Source: Kiloniellaceae bacterium
GTDB lineage: Bacteria; Pseudomonadota; Alphaproteobacteria; Kiloniellales; J153
Length of the DNA stretch: 64,000 nucleotides
Direction of reading: 5' to 3'
Assembly (NCBI GenBank): GCA_021776055.1
Contig: JAJFGP010000088.1
Coordinates: 4,642-68,641, forward strand
The notes beneath the pieces are model-generated. The model was not told the origin of the DNA and did not search any database. It saw only the letters and a program-made list of their open reading frames with translations. Positions 18,270 to 26,481 of this stretch are shown here, one piece after another (position 1 is the first letter of the stretch; each line of letters begins with the position of its first letter). Both the position numbers and the translations under genes were made by a program.

Positions 18270-19969
18270 TCACCCAGGGCGACCCCTTCGCGCCGGGGGT
18301 CGGCGCCGCCGACCAACCCGCTCTTCGTTATCGCAATACCGTGCAGGCCGCTGTTCAGGGACCTGAGCTTCACCTCATGGCCCAACGCCGCCAATCCGGC
18401 CGCCAGCGCTTCCGACGATGTGCCTTCCTCCACGTCGGTGCCGCCATTGCGGTTGACCACATTGGGCAGATCGATCGCCGCCTGTATGTCCAGGCCCCAA
18501 TCCAACGTCGCGACCAACGATTTGATCACATAGCCGATGATCCGGCTGCCGCCGGGCGAGCCGACGACCAGCGCCAGCTTATCGCGGTCATCGAGCACGA
18601 TGGTCGGGGACATGGAACTGCGCGGCCGCTTGCCGGCCTGGACCCGGTTGGCGACGGGCCGGCCGTCCACTTCGGGGCGGAAGGAGAAGTCGGTCAGCTC
18701 GTTGTTGAGCATAAATCCGGCCGCCATGACCCGCGAGCCGAAGGCATTTTCGATGGAGGCGGTCATGGACACGCCATTACCCTCGGCATCCACGACGACC
18801 AGATGGGTTGTCGATGGCGGGTCGTGCTGTATCGGCATGGCCCCATTTTGCGTGGGCAGGCCCGGCTCCGCCTTGCCGAGGCTGGCATCGGGCGAAACCA
18901 AGGCGCCGCGGCGCGTCAGATATCCGGGATCGAGCAGATCGTCGACCGGCACCGGCACGAAATCCGCATCGGCCAAGAATCGGTTGCGGTCGGCGAAGGC
19001 CAAGCGGCTGGCCTCGGCAATCAAATGCCAGGCTGCAACCGAATCCGAGGCCAACGCCGGCAAATCGAAGCCTTGCAGAATCCCCAGAGTCTGCAACACC
19101 GCGACGCCACCCGAGGTTGGCGGCGGCATGCCGCAAATTCGCCAGGCCCGATAGGGCGCGCACAAGGGGTTCCGTTGCTTGGCTTCATAGCCGGCCATAT
19201 CGGCCAGACTGAGTTGGCCGGGACTTGTCGCTGCACCCTGCACGGCGGCGACGACGGCCTCGGCGATCGGACCGGTGTAAAACGCATCGGCACCGTCCCG
19301 GGCGATACGGTGCAATGTCTCGGCGAAGGCCGGGTTGCGCAACCGAGTGCCTACGGCAAGGGGCGCCCCGCTTGCGTCATGGAAATAAGCGGCGGCTATC
19401 GCGTCGGTCTTAAGATATTTGTCCCGGGCGATCAGCGCGTGCAGGCGGGGCGAGACCGCGAAGCCCTCCTCGGCCAAGCGGATGGCCGGCTCGAACAATG
19501 CCGCCCAGGGCAGGCGGCCATGCGCCTTGTGCGCCAGATCGAGCATGCGCACCAAGCCGGGAACGCCGACCGAGCGGCCACCGACCACCGCTTCCCAAAA
19601 TCCCATCGGTTCGCCGTCGGGGCGCAGGAACAGATCCGGGCCGACGGCGGCCGGTGCGGTCTCACGGCCGTCGTAGGCCGTGACGTCATTGCTTTTGCCG
19701 TCGTAGTGAAGCAGGAACGCGCCGCCGCCAATGCCTGCCGATTGCGGTTCGACCAGATTGAGTACCAGTGACGTGGCGATGGCGGCATCGATGGCCGACC
19801 CACCGGCGCGCAATATTTCTTGTCCTGCTTTGGCTGCCAGGGGATTGGCGGCAGCGACCATCTGTTTGTCTGCCGCCGCAACCGGGATGGTAGCGGTGAC
19901 CAGTAGGACACCCAACGACACCGCGGCGCCGGCGCGGCAAAACGAATGGAGATCATGAAAGCTCAGCAT
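18266..19969 (-). CDS. ggt: gamma-glutamyltransferase
   Basis: 567 aa with signal peptide; autoprocessing region PPSTTHLVVVDAEGNGVSMTASIENAFGS; GGSRII. Confidence 0.95.
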   Translation of the reverse strand: MLSFHDLHSFCRAGAAVSLGVLLVTATIPVAAADKQMVAAANPLAAKAGQEILRAGGSAIDAAIATSLVLNLVEPQSAGIGGGAFLLHYDGKSNDVTAYDGRETAPAAVGPDLFLRPDGEPMGFWEAVVGGRSVGVPGLVRMLDLAHKAHGRLPWAALFEPAIRLAEEGFAVSPRLHALIARDKYLKTDAIAAAYFHDASGAPLAVGTRLRNPAFAETLHRIARDGADAFYTGPIAEAVVAAVQGAATSPGQLSLADMAGYEAKQRNPLCAPYRAWRICGMPPPTSGGVAVLQTLGILQGFDLPALASDSVAAWHLIAEASRLAFADRNRFLADADFVPVPVDDLLDPGYLTRRGALVSPDASLGKAEPGLPTQNGAMPIQHDPPSTTHLVVVDAEGNGVSMTASIENAFGSRVMAAGFMLNNELTDFSFRPEVDGRPVANRVQAGKRPRSSMSPTIVLDDRDKLALVVGSPGGSRIIGYVIKSLVATLDWGLDIQAAIDLPNVVNRNGGTDVEEGTSSEALAAGLAALGHEVKLRSLNSGLHGIAITKSGLVGGADPRREGVALGD

Positions 19970-20010
19970 CGGCGCAGTTTAACCGACCGAACGCGACGAT
20001 GCAGCCTTAT

Positions 20011-20481
20011 CTAGTTTTTGGCGACGACAGTGTGTGGAAGGATTTTACACAGGCGTACCGACTCTACCCGATGGCCACGGCGGGCTAGGGCGGCCGCCGT
20101 GTCGTCCGTGCTGTTCTTCTCTAACAGGGCCGTATGAACGGCGCCGCAACAGTGCTCGCGGGCCAGCGCCTCGACCGCCTCGGCCAAGGCATGAACCACG
20201 GCACGGCGGTCGAACATGTCAATAGCGACGAAATGATCGGCCGTAAGCGAATGGCCATGCTTCAGGCTATGGTCGACCCGGTAACTGCTCAGGCCGGCAA
20301 TGTATCCTTGTTCGCTGACGATGCTGATGATTCCGGTTTCCGGCTGATCCCGATGCTGAACCAGCGCCTGGGCGAACGCCACCCACGCTTCCAGCGGCAC
20401 CTCGGGCAGGGCCGCTTGGATCAAGGGATAGGCCTGGGCAATACTCTCCGGCCTCAATGGCTGTGCCTTTAACTCTCGCAC
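20011..20481 (-). CDS. hypothetical protein, possibly GNAT-fold
   Basis: 156-aa ORF with genome-typical codon bias. Only a weak GNAT-like pattern (GYIAGLSSYRV...FVAIDMF...ALAEAVEALAREHCC); function not established. Confidence 0.5.
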   Translation of the reverse strand: MRELKAQPLRPESIAQAYPLIQAALPEVPLEAWVAFAQALVQHRDQPETGIISIVSEQGYIAGLSSYRVDHSLKHGHSLTADHFVAIDMFDRRAVVHALAEAVEALAREHCCGAVHTALLEKNSTDDTAAALARRGHRVESVRLCKILPHTVVAKN

Positions 20482-20548
20482 GATGTCTCGTTCTCCCGCG
20501 GCCCCTGTTTGCCCAACCCATGCTGGTCCGGCTGGCCTAGGTTCGTCG

Positions 20549-20562
20549 TTGATTTAAATCAA
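20549..20562. promoter_or_regulatory. perfect FNR/FixK box TTGAT-N4-ATCAA
   Basis: ttgatttaaatcaa read directly, in the divergent intergenic region between 20481 and the fnrL start. Confidence 0.65.
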
Positions 20563-20747
20563 TGGCGGGTGCACCCTTGCAGGATTGCCCGTCTAGACCT
20601 ATTTATGTTGCAATGCAGCATAAGAATCGGTGACAGAACCCGGCGACGTGCTATAGTCGGGCGGCGAACGGGGAGGCGAGTGCCGTGGCAACCTTCGATG
20701 TGAAGAACATAGGCCACCTTCGACCGGCGATATCGCGGGGCGAGACG

Positions 20748-21437
20748 ATGCCGTCTCCGTGTGCCGCCTGCTCCATCCGCCATTTGTCACTCTGTGCTGC
20801 CCTCCAGGAGAATGAAGTTCAGGAGATGGCGGCAATCGTCACGACCCTGGAGGTCGGCGCCGGCGAACCGCTTATCGACGAGGGGCAACCCGCCGTCCAC
20901 GTCTTCAATGTGACCTCGGGCGCGATCAGGGTTTACAAGCTTCTCATCGATGGCCGGCGGCAGATGACCGGCTTCCTCTTTCCCGGTGATTTTCTCGGAT
21001 TGGCCAACGAGGAGACCTACGCCTATAGCGCCGAGGCGGTCACGGCGTCGACCGTATGCCGCTTTCCCAGGCGCAAGATCGAGGCCCTGCTGATCAAGTA
21101 CCCGAGGATGGAACGGCGCTTGCTCGGCATGGCCAGCCATGAGTTGGCGGCGGCGCAGGAGCAGATGCTATTGCTCGGCCGTAAGAACGCGCGGGAGAAG
21201 ATTGCGTCCTTCCTTCTCATGCTCTCACGGCGGGCCGAGCAACGCGGGCTGCCGGCGGATCCCATCTTCGTCCCGATGAGCCGCAACGATATCGGCGACT
21301 ACCTCGGACTGACCACGGAAACGGTCAGCCGCACGTTCTCCGATCTCAAATCGAAGGGCGCAATCGAATTGTTGCCCGCGGGTAAGGTTCGTTTGGCGCA
21401 GCGCGAGCACCTAGAGGAAGTTGCCGAGGGCGCGTGA
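20748..21437 (+). CDS. fnrL: Crp/Fnr family oxygen-responsive regulator, FnrL type
   Basis: N-terminal CAACSIRHLSLC (C-x2-C-x7-C with IRH, as I recall for Rhodobacter FnrL CGDCPIRHRAVC); cNMP-binding fold; C-terminal HTH RNDIGDYLGLTTETVSRTFS. Confidence 0.85.
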   Translation: MPSPCAACSIRHLSLCAALQENEVQEMAAIVTTLEVGAGEPLIDEGQPAVHVFNVTSGAIRVYKLLIDGRRQMTGFLFPGDFLGLANEETYAYSAEAVTASTVCRFPRRKIEALLIKYPRMERRLLGMASHELAAAQEQMLLLGRKNAREKIASFLLMLSRRAEQRGLPADPIFVPMSRNDIGDYLGLTTETVSRTFSDLKSKGAIELLPAGKVRLAQREHLEEVAEGA

Positions 21438-21441
21438 GATT

Positions 21442-21930
21442 CTAGCGGCGCTGGGTGTTCTTGACGATCGGCGGCACGGACTGCAACTCGGTATCCCAAG
21501 GAAATAAAATCCAGGTGTCTTGGCTCACCTCGGTCACGAAGGTGTTGACCAGTGGCCGCCCTGCCGGCTTGGCATAGACCGTGGCGAAATGCGCGTCCGG
21601 TAAACGGTTGCGCACGACTTTCGCCGTCCGCCCGGTGTCCACGAGATCGTCGATGATCAACCAGCCGTCGCCGGTGCCCGGAACTTCCTTGAGAACTTTC
21701 GCCTCGCCCTGTTGGCGGTCGTCATAGCTGACGATGCACATCGTATCGATGAGGCGAATGTCCAACTCGCGCGCGACAATCGCGGCGGGCACCATGCCAC
21801 CGCGCGTAATGGCGACGATGCCTTGCCACGGGCCGCCCTCCACCAGGCGCCAAGCCAGCGCTTTCGAATCTCGATGCAACTGATCCCAAGAAACGGGATA
21901 GGTTCTTTGCGGCGTTGCGACGTCGTCCAC
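21442..21930 (-). CDS. gpt: xanthine-guanine phosphoribosyltransferase
   Basis: [19 protein letters not shown]...[22 protein letters not shown]...[13 protein letters not shown]...[14 protein letters not shown]...WILFPWD; GTG start. Confidence 0.9.
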   Translation of the reverse strand: MDDVATPQRTYPVSWDQLHRDSKALAWRLVEGGPWQGIVAITRGGMVPAAIVARELDIRLIDTMCIVSYDDRQQGEAKVLKEVPGTGDGWLIIDDLVDTGRTAKVVRNRLPDAHFATVYAKPAGRPLVNTFVTEVSQDTWILFPWDTELQSVPPIVKNTQRR

Positions 21931-22159
21931 GTGCGGGTGCCCCGGGCTTTATGATTGGGTGCGGATATTAAAGCGGATCATGAGCGTGCCGACAACGGTT
22001 GCGCTTTCTCGGGAAATAATCTGCTCAAAAAAATTCACCCTGTGGAAAACCTGTGAATGAAATGTGAGTCGATGCGTGATCCGTCCACAAGATTCTCGCG
22101 ACAAACGAGCATTCTTTGTTGAGATCAAAACCCAGAAAGACGAACATGAATTGCGCGCT

Positions 22160-22454
22160 TTTGATCCTTCGGGGTTGCGGGCACGTGGATCGGGAAGCTC
22201 GTTGGTTGCACGATCCGGTCTTTCGAGGTGCCTTCGGGTACAACGATTGTTCGGAATCCGGCGCGGCCCGGTGACACGAGATACCGAATGGCGAAACCTT
22301 CGGGTGACGTGGTTCGATAGATCGAGAAGTCGAGAGTGACATCGGTTCGAGAGGCGTCAGGAGTGTTCTTCGGAACACGTTGTGATGGGCCCCGCGTCCG
22401 CGCACCTGGCGCCTCTCCTTTTTTTTATGCCGCAGTTTCTGCGGCTATTTTTTT
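22160..22454 (+). ncRNA. candidate structured ncRNA of unknown family (5' end uncertain)
   Basis: Four C(UUCG)G-closed hairpins on the plus strand (22163-22176, 22228-22241, 22292-22309, 22363-22378) and a 6-bp helix ggatcg/cgatcc (22187-22192/22211-22216), ending in an intrinsic terminator. No convincing CDS. Confidence 0.35.
22429..22454 (+). terminator. rho-independent terminator
   Basis: gccgcag-ttt-ctgcggc stem-loop followed by tattttttt; preceded by a small hairpin (22400-22412) and a T8 run. Confidence 0.6.
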
Positions 22455-22462
22455 GCGCACGC

Positions 22463-22707
22463 CGAGGGCGGTGCCAGCATGATAGGCACCGCGCCCTCGT
22501 GGCTGTTTTCTTTCTGCACGTGTCGTTGCCGGGCTTGACCCGGCAACCCATGGTGCGGCTTCGAGATAGATGCCCGTGTCAAGCACGGGCATGACACTTG
22601 CTGGTTGGGGCGCCGGCTTGATGGCCATAATCTAGCCGCCAGAAGACCGAAGGCCCGGTGTGTCCCCAGCCCTTCTTGGGCATCTGAGACACAACCGGGC
22701 CTTGGTC
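22463..22707. repeat. cluster of four REP-like palindromic hairpins
   Basis: 22463-22499 (13-bp stem), 22525-22547 (gttgccggg-cttga-cccggcaac), 22570-22592 (atgcccgtg-tcaag-cacgggcat), 22645-22707 (~20-bp stem). The two short ones yield the spurious peptides CRVKPGND and PVLDTGI that I recall from repeat-derived ORFs in alphaproteobacterial genomes. Confidence 0.55.
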
Positions 22708-22857
22708 GTCAGGATTGTATTTGTGGACCCGCGTCCATGCACCTGTGCGCCCCTCATAACAGTCGGCGACTCGCGTCGTCAACCAAATTTTGTGGGTCGC
22801 GGGGGATTTATATCAAGATGTTGGGGGTCGGTCGCTTTGGCGCCCACCTGCGCAGGT

Positions 22858-24021
22858 TTAGCGGACGTAGACGTGGACTTCGTTGACCTGGGCGTTCTTG
22901 CTGCTGGTCGCCGATAGGGTAATTCGGTCGGCGGGTAGGCCCATGTTGGTCAGGGTTCGCAGGACCCCTTCGGCGTTGCGCCGCGACCGGCTGGTGGCCA
23001 GGGATACTTGCGCCGGCGTGCCCACGTTCGGGGCGACGGCGACTAAATCGAAGCCGGCGTTGGGTTTTCGATCCAGGGCACGGCTAACCGCCGTGAACAG
23101 CGCCTGCTCGTATTCGACCTTCGATTCATTGAAGCGGATGACCACTAGGGGCTGCCTCTGACCGACCAGGGCGGACGCGCCGCCTGCCGGTGCCGCCGCC
23201 GGAATGCCGTAGGCGCGGCTGGCCAAACTGGTGCCGATGTATTCGCCGTTGTCGATGGCAACCTGCATCGCCGTGAGATTGGATCGCTCGGCCGCGAAAT
23301 AGTTTTGCGCCCGCGCCACGTCTTCGGTCAGCTCGTTGAGCAAACGGTCGATGACGACGACGGTCTTGTTGACCTCGTCTTCCAACACCGCCAGTTGCCG
23401 ATGGTCTTCTTCCACGGCGCCGCGCAGCCCGAGGGTGGCGCGCGTCGATTCCAACAGGAACGCCGCCAAGGCCGACGTCGACGAGGCTTCGTTGGAAAGC
23501 GTATTCAAGCTCGAGATGCTTTCGCCGACTTTATTCAGTTCACCCTGCGCGCCGTTCCATTGGGCGACCAGCTCCGGGTTGCCGGGTGTCGTGCCGACCT
23601 GCAGGCGTGCGTTAACCTCGCCGACCATGTTGTGATAGGCGGTTGCGCTCTGCCGGGCGGCGGCGCGATAGCCCTGCAGTGAATCATTGTGTTCGGCCAT
23701 GCGCGTCTGAAGCCGGCTCAGATCGGTGCGCAATTCCTCGACCTTCTGGCCGACGGCGGTACCGGTCGGTTGCGCCGGCGTAACGCCGGGGGCTTCAAAG
23801 ACCGTCGTGCCGAGGCGGGGTCCCGATCCCGGCGCGCTGCTGCTTGGCGCTGTCGAGTCCGAGCTTGGCGCGGCGGCAGCGGTCTGCTTCGATTTGTTGG
23901 ACGCGCTTTCTCCGGTGAGCGACGGCAACAGAGCATCGTCGGTCAGCGCGCAGCCAGCCAGAAGAAAAGAAAGCGCAAGCACTTCGGCAGTACGACGAAG
24001 GTAGGTACCGCTCTTATGCAT
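22858..24021 (-). CDS. lipoprotein with coiled-coil region and a degenerate OmpA-C-like C-terminal domain
   Basis: ATG at 24021 gives MHKSGTYLRRTAEVLALSFLLAGC (lipobox). Ser/Ala/Pro-rich linker; heptad-like central region; C-terminus SRSRRNAEGVLRTLTNMGLPADRITL...VHVYVR. Confidence 0.7.
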   Translation of the reverse strand: MHKSGTYLRRTAEVLALSFLLAGCALTDDALLPSLTGESASNKSKQTAAAAPSSDSTAPSSSAPGSGPRLGTTVFEAPGVTPAQPTGTAVGQKVEELRTDLSRLQTRMAEHNDSLQGYRAAARQSATAYHNMVGEVNARLQVGTTPGNPELVAQWNGAQGELNKVGESISSLNTLSNEASSTSALAAFLLESTRATLGLRGAVEEDHRQLAVLEDEVNKTVVVIDRLLNELTEDVARAQNYFAAERSNLTAMQVAIDNGEYIGTSLASRAYGIPAAAPAGGASALVGQRQPLVVIRFNESKVEYEQALFTAVSRALDRKPNAGFDLVAVAPNVGTPAQVSLATSRSRRNAEGVLRTLTNMGLPADRITLSATSSKNAQVNEVHVYVR

Positions 24022-24281
24022 GGAATTGCCCGTCAAATACTGCGAGCCTAACGTTGCTTTCCGCAAAGAAAGAATTGGTTATGCTCGCCCCCCCGGAGTG
24101 TCCGCCGATAGTACTGGATGGGTTCTGGGCGTACAAGTCAGATTTCCCCGCAACACGTTGCCTGGACTCGTCGTGATTCGCAAAGGTTTTGATGATCTTG
24201 CGTACTCGCATTGCTTCGCGTAATGTCCGGCCGCCTTAATAACCACCAAGACATCCTGTCATCCTGGTGGTTCCGCGCGAT

Positions 24282-24357
24282 GCGCCCGTAGCTCAATGGA
24301 TAGAGCGCCTGACTACGGATCAGGAGGTTGGGAGTTCGAGTCTTCCCGGGCGCGCCA
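24282..24357 (+). tRNA. tRNA-Arg (anticodon ACG)
   Basis: Hand-folded cloverleaf, 76 nt with encoded CCA: gcgcccg/cgggcgc acceptor, anticodon loop cuACGga, T-loop ttcgagt. Confidence 0.93.
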
Positions 24358-24641
24358 CATACTCGTATTCCTTGGTTAAAATCGCCTTAAAGCAATGATT
24401 TGCCCCAATGGCGCGCCGGGCGGAGCTCCGGGTGGGGCGCCACAAATCTGGGCAAAACCCGCCCTTGCGTGCTTTCCGGCCCCCGAACCCACCCACGATA
24501 TTTATCCACCATTTCCGGGGCGGGACACCGGGGGCGATTCCGTGCTAATATTCTCCTAACGTGTCGGGGAAATGGGGTTGGGAACCAGAGGACGAGGGGA
24601 TCTTCGGTCCTTGCCTGCTGAGCAAAGCAGTGGAGGCATGG

Positions 24642-24776
24642 ATGTACAGGTCAGTTAAGGAGAGCAATCAGTCCGGTGACGAGGGCTGGAAAATGCTGTA
24701 CCGGGTGGAAGGTATCCTGGTCGGCCTCGTAGTTTTTGTGGGCCTTTTCTATCTACTTGGTTGGGTTAAGATCTGA
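24642..24776 (+). CDS. hypothetical 44-aa protein with a C-terminal TM helix
   Basis: ggagg SD 5 nt upstream of ATG 24642; MYRSVKESNQSGDEGWKMLYRVEGILVGLVVFVGLFYLLGWVKI. Confidence 0.3.
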   Translation: MYRSVKESNQSGDEGWKMLYRVEGILVGLVVFVGLFYLLGWVKI

Positions 24777-24960
24777 ACGGGCCGGCCCAGGTCCACTTGT
24801 TAAGATACCGGACGCACGGCGCAAAAGACCATAAACCGCCGCAAACCACCAAGGTCGCGGCGATAGATTAACGTCTTTTCAATGGCTTGGGGCCTGCGCC
24901 CTAGTGTAAGATGCTGCCAAATCGCTTGTGGGTACAAGCTGGAGCATTGGGGATAAGACC

Positions 24961-25140
24961 ATGGAAACGCATATAGAGCGGGTGATCCGCGCGGCGCTTG
25001 CCGACGCGCGGGCGGCCGGCCTCGACTATCCGGGGCAAACCAATAGAGTCATTCGCGAGTTGTTGCAGGCGCGGCCTGATTTGACCGATATCGAGGCCTA
25101 CCGGGCCGTCGATCAGGTGCGTTGGGAACGGCCGGCCTAA
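24961..25140 (+). CDS. hypothetical small protein (59 aa)
   Basis: METHIERVIRAALADARAAGLDYPGQTNRVIRELLQARPDLTDIEAYRAVDQVRWERPA; genome-like codon usage; no family recognised. Confidence 0.35.
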   Translation: METHIERVIRAALADARAAGLDYPGQTNRVIRELLQARPDLTDIEAYRAVDQVRWERPA

Positions 25141-25194
25141 GCGGCCTGGTCGGGATTTGCACGGCTGTCCGAAATTGGGGGTTTTCATACTGCC

Positions 25195-25404
25195 GTGATG
25201 CAGCGGACGACTCGAGCGAAGATACAAGTTGGCCAACGCTATTCTCAGGTCGAGATTCCGTCCGCCGTCTGGCAGGTGGTGTCGATCTACCATGATGCGT
25301 TGGGCGTCGAACACGCGGCGCTGACCAACGAATTGCGGGGCCGGGACAGGAAAACCTTGTCCGCGGCGGCACTGCAAGACCGCTCACGCTACCGTCTGGT
25401 TTGA
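25195..25404 (+). CDS. hypothetical small protein (69 aa)
   Basis: MMQRTTRAKIQVGQRYSQVEIPSAVWQVVSIYHDALGVEHAALTNEL...; 3' end overlaps the convergent transporter gene by 16 nt. Confidence 0.35.
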   Translation: MMQRTTRAKIQVGQRYSQVEIPSAVWQVVSIYHDALGVEHAALTNELRGRDRKTLSAAALQDRSRYRLV

Positions 25405-26342
25405 CGGCGCGCTTGGCATAAGGCCGGCACTACCAGAACCACCGTCAGCGCCCCACACACCAAAAGCAGGGCGGCGATTTCGCGCCAACCGACGGGCTCT
25501 CCCAACACGACCGCGCCCGAGATGACACCGACGACGGGTATCGCCAACGTTCCCGCCGCGGCCATCGCTGCCGGAAACAGGCGCACGATCGAAAACCAGG
25601 CCCAGTGGCAAAAGACCATGGGCAACGCCAACACATAGGCAAGGGCTGCCCACGCCTGGAGGCTGATCTCGGCTGGATCCGGTATCGGGTCGAAGATCAA
25701 GGCGCCAAGGACGACCGGCACGGCGCCGGCCGTCAACTGCCATCCGGCCAGGACGCCGACCGGTATCGACCAGCGAAATTTTTTCATGAAGACGGTGCCG
25801 GCGGCCCACGAGACGGCGGCGCCCAGCATGAACAAGGATCCCAAGGGTGCCGCGCCCAGGCTCGCCAGATCGGGGCCGATCAGAACCGCCAACCCCAGCA
25901 CGCCCAGCGCCAAGCCAAGCACGCCAGATCGGGTCAACCGCTCGCCGAGCACGAACCAGCCCATGACCGCTGCCCAGATCGGCATGGTGAAGGCGATAAT
26001 CGCGGCGCGGCCGGACTCGATCAGCGATATGCCGTAAGCGGAGAAAAGATGCCAGCCGACGACGTTGAAGAGGGCGCACAGCAGCAGCGGCCGAATTTCG
26101 CTCGTCGGCACGCGCAGCGAGCGGCCGCCCAGCCGGGCGATCGCTAAAAGCACGCATCCGCCAACCACCAGGCACAGACTGCGAAAGGTCCACACCGGCA
26201 TCTCGCCAAGCACGATCTTGGCCATCGGCCAGTTGAGCCCCCAAAACAGGGTCAGCGCGCTCAACAGGACATAGCCCGATGGCGGTAAGTGTTGCGCGCC
26301 GGCTGTTGCGCCGCGCTCGGCGGTGGGTGTGCTGGATGGCAT
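25389..26342 (-). CDS. DMT superfamily (EamA-like) transporter
   Basis: Ten predicted TM helices and a duplicated EamA pattern (ALTLFWGLNWPMAK...). ATG at 26342 is preferred over the track start. Confidence 0.8.
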   Translation of the reverse strand: MPSSTPTAERGATAGAQHLPPSGYVLLSALTLFWGLNWPMAKIVLGEMPVWTFRSLCLVVGGCVLLAIARLGGRSLRVPTSEIRPLLLCALFNVVGWHLFSAYGISLIESGRAAIIAFTMPIWAAVMGWFVLGERLTRSGVLGLALGVLGLAVLIGPDLASLGAAPLGSLFMLGAAVSWAAGTVFMKKFRWSIPVGVLAGWQLTAGAVPVVLGALIFDPIPDPAEISLQAWAALAYVLALPMVFCHWAWFSIVRLFPAAMAAAGTLAIPVVGVISGAVVLGEPVGWREIAALLLVCGALTVVLVVPALCQARRQTRR

Positions 26343-26481
26343 TGGTTTGACTGACTGATTTTGATCGATCGTCACTCTACGCAAGGAGCACTTGCTTCGA
26401 TAGCGATTTCCACGCGGCCGTCCGGCCCCTATCATCACATACCGAAAACGGAGTCGTTGCCGCTACCGTCGGAAGGCTTGG

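Noticed and set aside
17780-19771. 663-aa plus-strand ORF, the longest in the track
   Set aside because: It lies antisense to ggt, which has unmistakable GGT motifs. Its translation is Arg/Pro/Gly-rich low-complexity sequence, typical of a high-GC shadow frame.
22025-22405. 126-aa minus-strand ORF with an aaggagag SD 7 nt before a GTG start
   Set aside because: The translation is Arg/Ser/Pro-rich with atypical, low third-position GC for this genome. It runs antisense through the four C(UUCG)G hairpins, and I recognise no family. It is kept as the alternative explanation to the ncRNA hypothesis but not called as a CDS.
22040-22454. Two-piece alphaproteobacterial tmRNA, RNase P RNA, SRP RNA or a purine/xanthine riboswitch for gpt
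   Set aside because: No T-arm/ACCA end and no ANDN-type tag frame on either strand; no GGAAAGUCCGG block; no SRP GGAAGCAGCCAAGG-like block. gpt also has its own plausible promoter (ttgtcg-N17-tttaat) downstream of this element, and the stable tetraloops are on the strand opposite to gpt.
24408-24420. Inverted near-copy (tggcgcgccggg) of the tRNA-Arg 3' acceptor end, ~50 nt downstream of the tRNA
   Set aside because: It is inverted rather than direct, only ~12 nt long, and there is no integrase. It is more likely part of a loose processing or terminator structure than an att site.
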